Below, in pieces: positions 1 to 10,954 of a stretch of DNA of 64,000 bases (position 1 is the stretch's first letter; every line of letters starts with the position of its first letter). A program made the translations under genes and the position numbers. The stretch is from the NCBI GenBank assembly GCA_965213925.1, contig OZ243927.1, positions 192,001 through 256,000 on the forward strand. The letters run 5' to 3'. The notes under the pieces were generated by a model. That model saw only the letters and a list, made by a program, of their open reading frames with translations, made no database searches and was not told the origin of the DNA. This stretch comes from Trueperaceae bacterium. Lineage in GTDB: Bacteria; Deinococcota; Deinococci; Deinococcales; Trueperaceae.

Positions 1-123
1 AAGAGCAACACCTTTTTAATTTCGAGCGGGGGTCAACAAATTTTTGCAGGATGATGAAGATGGTTTGCCCAGCCCCGGCGTCGTTGATTAGCACAGTGTT
101 GGCTCGCCCAGGTGAATACCCTC

Positions 124-153
124 TATTATATACCCTTCAAGTGTTTCTAGTAA
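124..153 (-). promoter_or_regulatory. Putative sigma70-type promoter pointing out of the left window edge
   Basis: Minus strand TTTACT-N18-TATAAT in an ORF-free region. Confidence 0.35.
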
Positions 154-363
154 AGGGCTCACAGCGCGCCGAGGACAAAGTGTGAGGTGCGCGCGCCGTT
201 TGCGCAGAGGTGACGCGGTGCTGTTCGCAAGGCGAGAGGTCCGTCAAGGTGTATAAAGATGTGTACAAAGAGGGGTTGTGGAGCGGCTCGAGCCCCGCGT
301 TCATACGGAATTGCACAGTTTACTTACCCTAACTGAGGGCGTTAGAGCTTACTGTCACAGATA

Positions 364-405
364 GGCATGACTTTGTTTTGCAAACAAAGTCATGCAACCT
401 CGTAT
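364..405 (-). repeat. REP-like hairpin, possibly a terminator, downstream of the methyltransferase
   Basis: 14-bp perfect stem GCATGACTTTGTTT/AAACAAAGTCATGC (365-395); homologous copy at 21603-21643. Confidence 0.7.
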
Positions 406-415
406 TGCGCCCAAC

Positions 416-1597
416 TTAATCCACTCGTCCCTGCAAAAGCGACACGAGTAGACCACCGTTGCGAAACTTTAAGGTAGACGTGAGCGGAAGCTCTATCCAT
501 TCGGGCGCAGGCGTGACGAACGCAACGTGCCAGCCTCCGGCTTGGCGGAGGCGTTCACTCAGCGCCCTATAGAGCTGTTCGACCTCTTGCTCGCTGCCGA
601 GCCGCCTGCCGTAAGGCGGATTGGTGACGAGCAAGGCTCGCCCATGTGCCCCTTTGAGCGCGTTGTAGTCGAGCGTGCGGGCGTCCGCCCCGAAGAAGTC
701 GATATCGCCTAGAACGCCTGCACGTTCGGCGTTCGCTCTCGCCGCCACCAACGCCCTTTGGTCAAGGTCGCAGCCGATGAGCCTTGCGGAGCTTTTGGGG
801 AGGGCGGCATTTAGAGCCTCCGACTTGAACCGCTCCCACTTGCCCCCTTGAAAACTCGGGAAATGTTCAAAAGCAAACCTGCGACGCAGACCGGGCGCGA
901 GGTTGCGTTTCATCAGCGCCGCTTCGACGAGAAACGTCCCTGTACCACACATCGGGTCGAGGATAAGGTCGTAAGTCTCCGCTTTACTCGCTTTCAAAAG
1001 GCTCGCCGCGAGGGTTTCGCGTAGCGGCGCTTCACCGACATGGGTGCGGTAGCCGCGCCTATGCAGATGCTCGCCGCTCGTATTCACGCTCAGGGTGCAG
1101 CGGTCTCTAAACAGGCGGGCGTACAGCTGGGGCCGCGCCCCATCCGCTAACGCAGGTTGCAATCCCAGCGGCTCCAAAGAGGTTGTAATCGCATCATAGA
1201 GGGTCGCCGCAATATTTTTGTGATGTCTCAGCCGCGACCTCTTCGCGCTGACGTTGATACTCAGCGCTTCCGCAAATCCCAAATAAAGCTCCCAAGAAAT
1301 GCGCCCCGCTCGGTCGAAGAGGACGGGATACGTCTGCGCTAGAAAATCGTCGATTCGCAGGAGAACGCGGTGCGCGGTGCGCAGGTGCAAGTTGGCGTGG
1401 TACATCGTCTCGAGAGGTCCGCTAAACAGGGCTCCGCCGCGCACGGTTTCGACCTCTTTAACGTCGGGCAAGGCGCAAACTTCCTCCTCTAAAAAAGCCT
1501 CGAACCCAGGCGCACACACCGCTAAAAAGCGCCCCTCCGCTTTGAGGAGATAGCGTTTAAGGCGGCGCTCTAATGCCCTTTGACTCAGCCTAGACAC
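416..1597 (-). CDS. THUMP-domain class I SAM-dependent RNA methyltransferase (RlmL-like)
   Basis: LHRRGYR, APLRETLAA, DPMCGTGT and NPPYG motifs. Confidence 0.9.
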   Translation of the reverse strand: MSRLSQRALERRLKRYLLKAEGRFLAVCAPGFEAFLEEEVCALPDVKEVETVRGGALFSGPLETMYHANLHLRTAHRVLLRIDDFLAQTYPVLFDRAGRISWELYLGFAEALSINVSAKRSRLRHHKNIAATLYDAITTSLEPLGLQPALADGARPQLYARLFRDRCTLSVNTSGEHLHRRGYRTHVGEAPLRETLAASLLKASKAETYDLILDPMCGTGTFLVEAALMKRNLAPGLRRRFAFEHFPSFQGGKWERFKSEALNAALPKSSARLIGCDLDQRALVAARANAERAGVLGDIDFFGADARTLDYNALKGAHGRALLVTNPPYGRRLGSEQEVEQLYRALSERLRQAGGWHVAFVTPAPEWIELPLTSTLKFRNGGLLVSLLQGRVD

Positions 1598-1641
1598 ACA
1601 TCAGCTTAACCCGACACCCTAACAGGCTATAAAATAAAGAG

Positions 1642-2136
1642 GTGTCCGACCTTGTGGTTACGTCTATGCAACCTGGTGACTGGACGAGGGTCAGCGAAAT
1701 CTACGAAGAGGGCATCGCAACGAGGTTAGCCACCTTTGAAACCGATGTGCCTTCTTGGGAGCATTGGGACGCGGCGCACCTCTCCGATGCGCGACTCCTC
1801 GCTACATTAAACCAAACGATCGTCGGTTGGGCGGCGCTCAGTCCGGTCTCGGCGCGTCCGGTTTATGCGGGCGTGGCTGAGGTGAGCCTCTATGTGGCGG
1901 GAGAGGCGCGAGGTCGCGGGGTCGGCAAGAGGTTGTTGAGCGCTCTCATTCGAGAATCCGAAGAACTCGGCTTGTGGACGCTGCAAGCGGTGACGTTCAA
2001 AGAAAATACGGGGAGTATCGCGCTCCATAAAGGGTGCGGCTTTCGCGAGGTCGGCGTGCGGGAGAAGATCGCGCGGCTTGACGGGGTGTGGCGGGATACG
2101 GTCTTGCTCGAGCGGCGCAGTAAAACAGTTAGCTAG
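1642..2136 (+). CDS. GNAT N-acetyltransferase (phosphinothricin/methionine sulfoximine acetyltransferase family)
   Basis: ATFET, SLYV..RGRGVG, N..SIALH..GF motifs. Confidence 0.9.
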   Translation: MSDLVVTSMQPGDWTRVSEIYEEGIATRLATFETDVPSWEHWDAAHLSDARLLATLNQTIVGWAALSPVSARPVYAGVAEVSLYVAGEARGRGVGKRLLSALIRESEELGLWTLQAVTFKENTGSIALHKGCGFREVGVREKIARLDGVWRDTVLLERRSKTVS

Positions 2137-2155
2137 AGTTAGAGCCAAAACAAGC

Positions 2156-2350
2156 TCAGTCGTGTTCCGCGAACTCCCCAGAATAGGGAATCACCTTGAT
2201 GACGTCGATCAGCACGCCGTTCGGGTCAGAGGTGATGAAGTGTCGCTGTCTGAAGGGCTCGCTGCGCAGGTCCAAATGGATGGGCAACCCCGCGTCCCTA
2301 AACCTTTTGAAGATACCGTCCACCTTTTTAGCTGCCATAACCGTATCTAC
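2156..2350 (-). pseudogene. C-terminal fragment of a VOC/glyoxalase family protein
   Basis: [24 protein letters not shown]-terminal half absent; left-right extent approximate. Confidence 0.55.
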
Positions 2351-2351
2351 C

Positions 2352-3113
2352 TTATCCGACCTTGTGCGGTAACCAAGCGAGTACGTCCAATCGCTTCGAG
2401 AAGTGTAGCAGGGGCGGCTCGTCGGGCAAGGTAACGCCAATCTGTTCGGTCACCCCGCTATAAGAGGTCTCTAGGTCAAGCTCGGCGGGCTGCAGTGACC
2501 ACATCTCATGGTGAATCTCACCGCGCCGCACCTCACCCTCTCTGTTCGCGCTGTAGAGGCAGTAACGCTCGGTCAAGAAGTGCGTGAGGTCATCCGGCTC
2601 GACCTCTTTCCCTATCGGCTTATAACGCCCTACAAAATTCGCCGCTTTCGCGCCCTTGTGCGTCCGCTCGCTTTTGTAATGGACCGTCTCCCCTTCTACC
2701 TCGCAGGACATGTCGGCGTCGAAGTAGGGCAGATTGAAGGTCGCCCTAGCGAGCCGCACCGCGACAGGGTTATGCGCGTCCAGGCTGAAAAACCACACGC
2801 CGGGTTTACGTGCCGCGTCTCGAGAGGTCACGTACGTGCGCAAGTTCAATTCGGGAAAGTTCGACAGCCACGGGACGCTCGGCAAGTAGTGTGGACGCAC
2901 GCCGCGCATGTCAAAAGGGACGACGCCTAGCCACGCGCTCCCTTCGAACGTGTCTAGCTCGAGCGTGGGCGGTATAAGCGAACGTATCGAATCCGCAGGC
3001 ACCGCCCAGTGCATAAACAAGAGGTCGTACCATTCCATCGAGAGCGCCCAAGGGTTTTGCTCTAAAGGATAAGGTCGGTGCTCGGTGTGGTTGATAAGAA
3101 AAGACGCAGACAT
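2352..3113 (-). CDS. YqjF/DUF2071 family protein
   Basis: [36 protein letters not shown]. Confidence 0.9.
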   Translation of the reverse strand: MSASFLINHTEHRPYPLEQNPWALSMEWYDLLFMHWAVPADSIRSLIPPTLELDTFEGSAWLGVVPFDMRGVRPHYLPSVPWLSNFPELNLRTYVTSRDAARKPGVWFFSLDAHNPVAVRLARATFNLPYFDADMSCEVEGETVHYKSERTHKGAKAANFVGRYKPIGKEVEPDDLTHFLTERYCLYSANREGEVRRGEIHHEMWSLQPAELDLETSYSGVTEQIGVTLPDEPPLLHFSKRLDVLAWLPHKVG

Positions 3114-3145
3114 CCGCTTAGTTTAAGAGGTCGCTTAAACCATCT

Positions 3146-3751
3146 CTAGGAGCTGGCTCGCATCTCTTTCACAGGCTCGTAGCGAAAGCAGTCCGCCGTG
3201 TGGTCGTTCACCATTCCTACCGCCTGCATGTAGGCGTACATAATCGTGGAGCCCACAAACTTAAAGCCGCGCTTTTTGAGGTCTCTACTTAGCGCGTCGG
3301 ACTCGAGCGTCGTCGCGGGGACCTCTTCTAAACTTCGCCGTAATTTGACGATCGGCTCGCCCTCCACGAACCGCCAGAGGTAAGCGCTGAAGCTGCCGAA
3401 TTCCTCTTGCACCTCCAAGAAGTGTTGCGCGTTTGTCACAGTAGACGTAACCTTGAGGCGGTTGCGGACGATGCCCTTATTCTCTAAAAGGTCAGCTAGC
3501 TTAGCCTCGCCATAACTTGCCACCTTTTGGGCGTCGAAGTGGTCGAAAGCCTCGCGGTACGCTTCGCGCTTCTTGAGGATAGTCAGCCAGGACAGTCCAG
3601 CTTGGGCACCCTCGAGCACCAAAAACTCGAAGAGCGTCCGATCATCAAAGACGGGGACGCCCCACTCGGTGTCGTGATAGTCCAGGTACAAAGGGTCAGC
3701 CGTCACCCACGCGCAGCGCGTTCGCCCATCCGGGTCACGCTTCGTCGTCAC
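3146..3751 (-). CDS. tag: DNA-3-methyladenine glycosylase I
   Basis: RCAW, YHDTEWG, LEGAQAGLSW, GFKFVG, NDH...C. Confidence 0.95.
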   Translation of the reverse strand: MTTKRDPDGRTRCAWVTADPLYLDYHDTEWGVPVFDDRTLFEFLVLEGAQAGLSWLTILKKREAYREAFDHFDAQKVASYGEAKLADLLENKGIVRNRLKVTSTVTNAQHFLEVQEEFGSFSAYLWRFVEGEPIVKLRRSLEEVPATTLESDALSRDLKKRGFKFVGSTIMYAYMQAVGMVNDHTADCFRYEPVKEMRASS

Positions 3752-4679
3752 CGTCAGCCTTAACGCCGTCTTTGCAAAGCTTGAGCGCCGTGTAGATAAA
3801 GTCGTTCACGGGCGTGTCCACGCCGAGTTCATCGCCCAACTTGCTCGCGTAGCCGTTCAGCGCATCGAGTTCTAAGGGTCTGCCCTTCACTAAATCTTGC
3901 TGCAGCGACGAGCGCATCTCCGGGTCTAGGGAGTTGCGGCTGAATTCCAGGCGCTCTTGGACGATGTCTTCGGGCAAGTCAACCCCTCTAGCTTGAGCGA
4001 GCGCGGCGATTTCCTTCATCGCCCTGCGGTAGAGATCAGTCGTGGCTTCGTCCTCTAAAACTCTGCCGATCGGCTGCCGGGTCAGCGCCGTGATCCCGCT
4101 GAACGCGCAGATAAAGAGCCACTTCGTCCAGATGACGCGCTGGATGTCGTTCTCCAACTCCGCCTCGACCCCCACCGCCTCGAACGCCTCTAAAAGTTCC
4201 TGGGCTTTAGGTGAATTCTCACCGCCAAACGCGCCAAAGGAGACCTTTGCAAACGGGCTTTTATGCGTGATTTCACCCGGCGCGCTGATCAGCGCTTCGA
4301 TATACGCCACGCCGCCGAGCACCTGCCCGCTCTCTAAAACCTCTTTCAAAACCTCTTCGTTGTCCACGCCATTTTGCAAACTCACGACAACCGTGCTATC
4401 TCCGAGTAGGAGCTTAATCTCCTCGGCCGCCTCTCTCGTATCTTGCGACTTGACCGTAAAGAGCACCGCGTCCACCTCGCCGATGTGCTCTGTATCACCC
4501 GTGACAGGAATCGCCCGGATGTCAAAGTCACCGAGCGTGCTCTTGACCTTGATCCCCTCTTCGCGCAGCGCCTCTAAATGCTCACCTCTCGCGATGAAGT
4601 GAACGTCGTTTTCGCCCTGCGCTAAACGTCCCCCGAAGTATCCACCCACGCCCCCTGTGCCCATGACAGCGATTTTCAT
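3735..4679 (-). CDS. panE: 2-dehydropantoate 2-reductase (ketopantoate reductase family)
   Basis: GTGGVGGYFG Rossmann motif, LQNG, SSLQQDL..GRPLELD. Confidence 0.85.
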   Translation of the reverse strand: MKIAVMGTGGVGGYFGGRLAQGENDVHFIARGEHLEALREEGIKVKSTLGDFDIRAIPVTGDTEHIGEVDAVLFTVKSQDTREAAEEIKLLLGDSTVVVSLQNGVDNEEVLKEVLESGQVLGGVAYIEALISAPGEITHKSPFAKVSFGAFGGENSPKAQELLEAFEAVGVEAELENDIQRVIWTKWLFICAFSGITALTRQPIGRVLEDEATTDLYRRAMKEIAALAQARGVDLPEDIVQERLEFSRNSLDPEMRSSLQQDLVKGRPLELDALNGYASKLGDELGVDTPVNDFIYTALKLCKDGVKADGDDEA

Positions 4680-4780
4680 AGTTCTCCTCTAAAAAGAAGG
4701 TTAAAGGACTGAGGTAAAAGTTTTTATCTTTCCTCTCAGTCCTCAGTCCTTTTCTCTCATTACTCCATACACTTAACGCG

Positions 4781-5467
4781 TTAGGACATAGGTAAAACGT
4801 AGAGCAGCATCAACATGAAGTGCGCCGCGCTGCCCGCTAGCACGAAGAGGTGCCACAGCTCGTGGTAGCCGAACCACTCGGGGTGAAAGTTCGGCTTTTT
4901 GAGCCCGTAAATCACCGCGCCCACCGAGTAGAAGAGCCCGCCCAAGACGAGCCAGAACACGCCGCCGATAGGAAGGGCTTGGACAATCGGCACGATGGCG
5001 ATGAGCGCCAGCCAGCCCATCAAGAGGTAAAGCCCCGTGGAGAGCCAGCGGGGAGCCTCTAACCACACCAGCTTAAAGACCACCCCTAAAAGCGCGATGC
5101 CCCACACGATGCCGAAGAGCGTCCAGCCCCACGCCGCGCTGCCCTCTTGCAAGGTCACGAGCGTGATCGGCGTGTAGCTGCCCGCGATGAGCAGGAAGAT
5201 TGCGGCGTGGTCGAAGAGCTTGAGGTAGCGCCGACCTCTTGGACCTGCCCTTAAACTGTGCAGGAGCGTCGAAGCGGTGTAGAGCAAGATGAGCGTCGCG
5301 CCGTAGACCGCGAAGCTCGCAGTGCGCCAGGGTTCGCCCTCGGACATGACGAGCAAGACGATGAGTCCGGCGATAGAGAGCAAGATGCCCGCGAAGTGTG
5401 TGAGGCCGTTGACGGGTTCGCGCAAGTAGCGCTTGATACCCTTGGGAAGATGGTCTTCTTTGGTCAT
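4781..5467 (-). CDS. Hemolysin III / PAQR family membrane protein
   Basis: EPVNGLTH, DHAAIFLLIAGSYTP, HELWHLFVLAGS..H. Confidence 0.9.
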   Translation of the reverse strand: MTKEDHLPKGIKRYLREPVNGLTHFAGILLSIAGLIVLLVMSEGEPWRTASFAVYGATLILLYTASTLLHSLRAGPRGRRYLKLFDHAAIFLLIAGSYTPITLVTLQEGSAAWGWTLFGIVWGIALLGVVFKLVWLEAPRWLSTGLYLLMGWLALIAIVPIVQALPIGGVFWLVLGGLFYSVGAVIYGLKKPNFHPEWFGYHELWHLFVLAGSAAHFMLMLLYVLPMS

Positions 5468-5862
5468 GGGTAAGTGTAACAGGGGAATGTGAAAAATAGA
5501 CGTGCGGGATGAGGGGAGCAGCTTTTCGTTAGAGCAGTCAGCTGACCGTTCTACAAAAAAGCGAGGAACCCCTTAAACTTCTCGAATTTCCTCCGAAAAA
5601 GCTCAAAATTGGATTCCGACCAGGGGAAGTATTTTAGTCCCACCTTTGATGCGGAAGGGAATATGGACCTTATGCGTTCACGAGGAGTAAAAGATAGCCA
5701 AGTACGACATATACTTCTTAGAGTTTCTTCTATATTGCGAACAAAGGCTTCGGACTAGGACACTTTGGCATGTAGAACATTCCGGAAGAATCTAAAAAGT
5801 ACGGCGGCTATCACCCAGCAGACTACTACGTCACGACATGTTTTTCGATGCGTTCAGATTTC

Positions 5863-8800
5863 TCAACCTTCGTGCGGCAGGGTTTGAGGCATGATAATAG
5901 CTCTGGCGCCAAGGAGCGGGTCGTGGTCGGACGCCTGGTCCGTAAACTCGCTGTTGACGTGCACCGCGTCGAACTGCGCGACCTCTGCCAGCGACTCGCT
6001 GACTAAGATGTGGTCTAAGGACTGCGAGTTGCCCTGGAAGATGTAGGAGTAGCGCTCGTCGGGCTCTAAGGTCTCGGTCAGGTTGACGAGGCTCGTCTCT
6101 AGGACCTCCAAGGGCGAGATGAACTCGAACTCGTTGAAGTCGCCTGCGGCTATGACGTCCGCACCGTCGGCTAAGTTGTCGACGTACACCTTGAGCGCGC
6201 GCGCTTGGTCGCGCCGCTCGTCTAAGCTTCCGTTGATTTCGGGGTCTTCTTGACCTTCGCCCGGCTGCGCGTTCTCGACGACCGTCCGCTGCAAGGAGCC
6301 TAAGAGCGGCTTGCTGCCCCCTTTGGAGGAGAAGTGGTTGCTGATGACGGTGACTTCTTGCGTGTTAAAGGTAAACGTGGCGACGAGCGGCAAGCGGCTG
6401 TCGAAGAAGGGGTTCGCTTCGTTCGTCCGCTGGTCTTGCGGGTCGACGACGGTCTGCACCGCGCCCGCGTCGTAATCGTCTAACTGCGGCTCGCCCGCCA
6501 AGCTGACCCGCTCGGGGTTGTAGAGAAAGGCGTTGCGGATGTTGCCGCCAGGCTGCCCGCCGCTCGTATTGTTGCCGATGAAGGGGTTGTCGATAAAAGC
6601 GTAGGTGGGACCGCCCGCCTGGGCGATGGCGTCCACCAAGATCTGCAGCGTTACGTCTGCCGCCGTGACGGTCGAGTCCTCGGGGTTCGCCGACCCGTCG
6701 TTGTCCTGAATCTCTTGCAGCGCGACGATGTCGGGCGCGTTCAAGTTCGTGACGATGTCGTCAGCGATGTCTGCAAACTGACCCTCGGCAACGTCCGCGT
6801 CGCCGTCCGCGTCGTTCGGGTCCAAGTTGAGCACGTTGTAGCTCGCGACGCTGAGCTGGTCGTCGCCGCTCTCTAGAGTGCTGACCTCGGGCTCGAGACC
6901 AGATTCGCCCTCCACCTCGAAGACGCCAAACGTCTGCGTCGGATAGACCTCGAAGTTGCCGAAGCTGTAGCCGACCACGCCCGTCACGTCGGTGAAGAGC
7001 GCGCCGACGTCCACCTGCGGGAAGTCGAGGTCGAAGAGGTCTTCGTCTTCGTCGATCTGGATGCGCTCGGGGTTGAAGTCGTCCGGGCTGATGTTAAGGG
7101 TGCCGCGCTCGCTCAAGCCGGTCGCGCCGCTCGCCTCTAAAACAGTGAAGATTTCGCCGAAGCGGGTCGTCGGACCTACCGCCTGAGCGCCCTCCAAGGT
7201 CACGCGCATCGCCTCTAAGCTCTCGTAGAAGTCCACGCCGTCTTCAAGAGGTTGATAGTCGCCTTCGCCCGCATTGAGGTCGTACTGCGTTGAACGGTCG
7301 TCGTCGATAACTTGGGTGGGCGGCGTCCGTCCGCCCTGAACGAGCAGGACCGGGGTTGGCAGAGGGTTGTCTCGAGACAGCACCTCGTAGCCCGGTCTGA
7401 AGATTTGCGTCGTGGCGAGGTTGCCCGTGTCCGCGCCGCCGGGCACGAACTCGCTTACGGGACCTCTGACCTCGACCTCGTCACCGACGCTCACGGTCGG
7501 CTCGCTTCTCGGCTCGTCGCCGAGAAAGACGAACAGCGCGTCCGAGGTCGCCTCGTTGCCATCGCCCTCGGCGTCTTGCAGGTAAAAACCGCTCGAGCCA
7601 GCCGCCGTGACGATGCCCGTCGTGACGACGCTCTCACCTTCGAAGGGCGAGACGTGACCTTCACCCTGAATGGTGTAGATGGGCACGCTTTGGGGCTCGC
7701 CGCCTGAGCCGCCATTCCCGGTGTCGTCTCCGAGGGTGTCCTCGCGGACGCTCAGGTTCTGGATGCGCTCGTCCTCTTCGGTGGGCGTGTCCGCTTGGCT
7801 GTAGGGGTCGGTACGCGGGAACGCCTCGAGGTACCCTTGGAGCGCTTCCTGTTCGCCCAGAGGCTCGCCCGCGCCGCCCGTGAGTTCGGTGCGCTCGCCC
7901 GCCGGGAAGGGGTAGCCGTCGCCGCCCAAGCCGTTCTCGCGCAGCTCAGCCAAGAAGTTCAGGGTGACGAGGTCGAAGGTGCGCGCCGGGTCGCCTTGCA
8001 GCGCGCCGCCCTCCACGACGGTATCCGCGACGTTGCCCTCCGCGCCAAACACGACGAGGCTCCGCACGCGCTCGCCTTCTTGGACCAGCTCGCCCGCTTC
8101 GTCGTACTGCAGCGCCTGCTGGTTCGGGTCGAAGGAGAAGGCGAAGCCGCCCACCTGCGGGAACTGACCTGGGGTCGCGCCGGGCTCCGTAGCGGCGACG
8201 CCGTGCTCGAGCAGCCGCTTCAGCTCCTCAGCCGTCACCGTGAGCGTGACGAGCGTGTTGTTGAAGCGCAGCGAGTTCTGGATGTCGAGCTGTGAGATGT
8301 CGCCGTCTTGGTCGTCCTCGATCAAGGGGTTCTCCTGCGGCGGGACCCGCTCGCCCTCGTCGCCGGGCAAGATGTCGCCTATCGAAGCGCGGATGCCGCC
8401 GCCGTTTTTGAGCGACAAGGTGACGCTGCTATTCTGAGCGCGCGCGGCGGAGAGGTTCGCGTCCGCCGTGAGGTTGCCGAGGTTCGTCTCCTGGGTGCGG
8501 ACCGCCTCGCGGATGCCGTTAAGGAACACCTCGGTCGCGCCGTAGAGCGTGCCGTCAAGGTCGACTAAGGTCGTCTCAACTTCGTTGACCGCCTCGACGA
8601 CGCCGGGCGCGGGCTCCGTACCGAATTCCACCGCGCCCACGTCGTCCGCCGGGTACGGACCGCTCGCCTCGCCGATACCCGTCAGCACGCCGTCCGCGTC
8701 GAACTCGGTCACGAGCCGCCCCACGTAACGGTACTCGCGGTCGGTGTTGACGAGCGCGACGGGCTCGCCCGCCGACGACGTGTAGAGCAGCGGGTAGGGA

Positions 8801-9687
8801 CCCTGCGGCTCTTTGCCGTACTCCTCGCGGATGCGGTCGTCTTCGTTGGCTAGCAGCGTATCCGAGCCGCCCGAAATGATGACGTCGACCCCTTGCAAAA
8901 GTCCCGCCAAGTCGATCTCGTTCTGAATCTGCTGCAGGTGCGCGAGCAGGATGACTTTGTTGATCCCTTGACCCATTAAGACGTCAATTTCTGCTTGGAC
9001 GATGTCGGCTAAAGCCTCCACGTTGTCCGGCTGCGCGGGCAAGACCTGCACCGTGCCGGGCGACGAGATGTTCGGAAGCTGCGGCGTTGTTACGCCGACC
9101 ACGCCGATACGCTCTCCGCCCACCTCGAACACGACGCTGTCCGTGATGCTGTTGGGCTCGGGCGCTTGCGCCGCCGGAACGACGAACTCGCTCAGTTCGT
9201 TCGCGCTAAAGTCCAGGTTGGCGCTCAGGTAAGGGAACTGCGTCCCGGCGTAGGTGACGGTGCCGTCGTCCTCGACTTGCGCGATAAGCCCCGCCAGCGC
9301 GTTCGTGCCGAGGTCGAACTCGTGGTTGCCTAAAGCCATCGCCTGAAAGCCGATCGCGTTGGCGATGCGCACGTCTGCCTGACCACCCGTGGCGAAGTAG
9401 AACGCGCCGGGGATGATGAGGTCGCCCGAGCCGAGCAGCAACGTGTTGTCCGCGTCGTCCCTGAGCCCGTTGACGATAGCCGAAAAGTTGGGCGCGTTCT
9501 CGATAACATCTGGGCTCGCCTCCTGGTCGGCGGCGTGCAGCACTTGGAGCGTATAGGCGGTCGCACCCTCCGAGAAGGTGACGTCAGCGTCGCCTATAAG
9601 CGCCCCGTCAGGCTGGTCCACCTCGCCGGACTGCGCCCCGCACGCGGCGATGAGTAGAAGGAGTGCGGCATATACGTAACGTTTCAT
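5863..9687 (-). CDS. Secreted lipoprotein: 5'-nucleotidase fused to an OB-fold plus EEP-family extracellular nuclease
   Basis: Lipobox IAAC; GNHEFD, ETNLGNL, NGGGIR (5'-NT); IYTIQG, GFYLQD, YNVLNL, GDFN, LDHILVS, SDHDP (EEP). Start placed at the ATG after GGAGG. Confidence 0.85.
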   Translation of the reverse strand: MKRYVYAALLLLIAACGAQSGEVDQPDGALIGDADVTFSEGATAYTLQVLHAADQEASPDVIENAPNFSAIVNGLRDDADNTLLLGSGDLIIPGAFYFATGGQADVRIANAIGFQAMALGNHEFDLGTNALAGLIAQVEDDGTVTYAGTQFPYLSANLDFSANELSEFVVPAAQAPEPNSITDSVVFEVGGERIGVVGVTTPQLPNISSPGTVQVLPAQPDNVEALADIVQAEIDVLMGQGINKVILLAHLQQIQNEIDLAGLLQGVDVIISGGSDTLLANEDDRIREEYGKEPQGPYPLLYTSSAGEPVALVNTDREYRYVGRLVTEFDADGVLTGIGEASGPYPADDVGAVEFGTEPAPGVVEAVNEVETTLVDLDGTLYGATEVFLNGIREAVRTQETNLGNLTADANLSAARAQNSSVTLSLKNGGGIRASIGDILPGDEGERVPPQENPLIEDDQDGDISQLDIQNSLRFNNTLVTLTVTAEELKRLLEHGVAATEPGATPGQFPQVGGFAFSFDPNQQALQYDEAGELVQEGERVRSLVVFGAEGNVADTVVEGGALQGDPARTFDLVTLNFLAELRENGLGGDGYPFPAGERTELTGGAGEPLGEQEALQGYLEAFPRTDPYSQADTPTEEDERIQNLSVREDTLGDDTGNGGSGGEPQSVPIYTIQGEGHVSPFEGESVVTTGIVTAAGSSGFYLQDAEGDGNEATSDALFVFLGDEPRSEPTVSVGDEVEVRGPVSEFVPGGADTGNLATTQIFRPGYEVLSRDNPLPTPVLLVQGGRTPPTQVIDDDRSTQYDLNAGEGDYQPLEDGVDFYESLEAMRVTLEGAQAVGPTTRFGEIFTVLEASGATGLSERGTLNISPDDFNPERIQIDEDEDLFDLDFPQVDVGALFTDVTGVVGYSFGNFEVYPTQTFGVFEVEGESGLEPEVSTLESGDDQLSVASYNVLNLDPNDADGDADVAEGQFADIADDIVTNLNAPDIVALQEIQDNDGSANPEDSTVTAADVTLQILVDAIAQAGGPTYAFIDNPFIGNNTSGGQPGGNIRNAFLYNPERVSLAGEPQLDDYDAGAVQTVVDPQDQRTNEANPFFDSRLPLVATFTFNTQEVTVISNHFSSKGGSKPLLGSLQRTVVENAQPGEGQEDPEINGSLDERRDQARALKVYVDNLADGADVIAAGDFNEFEFISPLEVLETSLVNLTETLEPDERYSYIFQGNSQSLDHILVSESLAEVAQFDAVHVNSEFTDQASDHDPLLGARAIIMPQTLPHEG

Positions 9688-9708
9688 GTTGACCTCCATG
9701 CGTCATGC

Positions 9709-9729
9709 TTAGGATGACCTTCATCCTAA
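9709..9729. promoter_or_regulatory. Operator-like palindrome upstream of the nucleotidase gene
   Basis: TTAGGATGA-cct-TCATCCTAA. Confidence 0.35.
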
Positions 9730-9746
9730 AGCTTTACGAGTTTCTG

Positions 9747-10211
9747 TCAAGAGGTTGTCAGCGGTTCATCAGCCCTGCTAACGTCCAAAACGGGCGCGAG
9801 CGCTAGCCGCACGCCAACCGCGCGGGCTTGCTCGCGCAGCACCGCCGCCATCTCACCGATACGTTCCGGCTCCCAAGTGCAGCCTAAGCCGATGGGCTGC
9901 GGAAAGGTCGTCGCTCCCCAAGCGATCAGCCCCGCCAAACACTCGTCGTGAAAGAGCCCGGGGACGGAGGAAGATTCCAGCACCACGCGCTGAATCTCAT
10001 TGGTCAGCTCGGCAGTCTCCCGCGGACCACGCCCACTCAGCGCCGCCAGGCGCGTAACCTGACCCATACCACGTGCTAAAACCTCTTGCATCTTCGTCTC
10101 GTCAAGCTGCCCGTCCGCCAGCACATCCGTGAGCATCACCGCGCCGAGCTGGGCGATCTTTTCCTCCAGGCTCATCTCCGCGATGAGCGCGTCTAATTCG
10201 GTGCTAGTCAT
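9747..10211 (-). pseudogene. N-terminal fragment of a GH3 beta-glucosidase/xylosidase
   Basis: MSLEEKIAQL, ATTFPQPIGLG.TW, LAPVLDVSR, then truncation at 154 aa. Confidence 0.85.
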
Positions 10212-10303
10212 CCTTACCTCCTGACTTACCTCCTGAGCCGTAGAGGTTCGCGCTGTAAAGAACTGTAGGGCTGAGGCACGCCTCTAAGCTGAGCGGCTGC
10301 TCC

Positions 10304-10720
10304 ATGCGGATGTGCAACTATCAACCGAACGCTTTTGCGCGGGGGCTCGTCACGAACCGCTCGGGCGGCATCGACGTGGTCATTAACGAAATCTCGAGCC
10401 CCTACTACAGCGGCGTCGTGCGCGGCACCGAGAGGGTGGTCGAAGCGGCAGGGATGCACCTGATCGTCTCGAGTGGTCACGCGGACGCAGCCTTCGAGCG
10501 CAAGGCGGCAGGTCACTTGTTGCAGCGCCGCTCGGACGCGCTCATTTTGCACCTGGAAACCCTGTCCGATGTTGAGCTGTTGCGCTGGCTCGAAGAGAAC
10601 CTCCCCGCCGAAACCCCCGTGGTCGTCATGGGACGGAACATCGCTGAGTTAGGAAAGCGGTGTATTTATTTAGACAACGAAAAGGGCGGGTTTTTGGCGA
10701 CGCAGTATCTACTTGTTTAG
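10304..10720 (+). pseudogene. Internal fragment of a LacI-family regulator
   Basis: YQPNAFARGL ... DNEKGGFLATQYL; HTH and C-terminus missing. Confidence 0.8.
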
Positions 10721-10954
10721 GCGTGTGGGCACTCATCTTTGAGAGTGTCACGGTCGTGTTGAGCGGCTACGTACTGAGTAAGCGTCCTCGGCAGCTATCG
10801 GCTTAACGTCTTTTCCGAACGACCCAGGGTTTAAGAGGTGCGCGTGCGCCTCTTTTTTCATGGGCTGCGTAGGCTCGAGCCCTGGCTATTGCGTACTCGC
10901 CCGAACGTAAGCGGCTCTAAAAATACGTTTCAGTAAGAATGCTAAACTCCCCAC

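Noticed and set aside
5520..5860. AT-rich intergenic stretch
   Set aside because: No supportable ORF, RNA structure or repeat.
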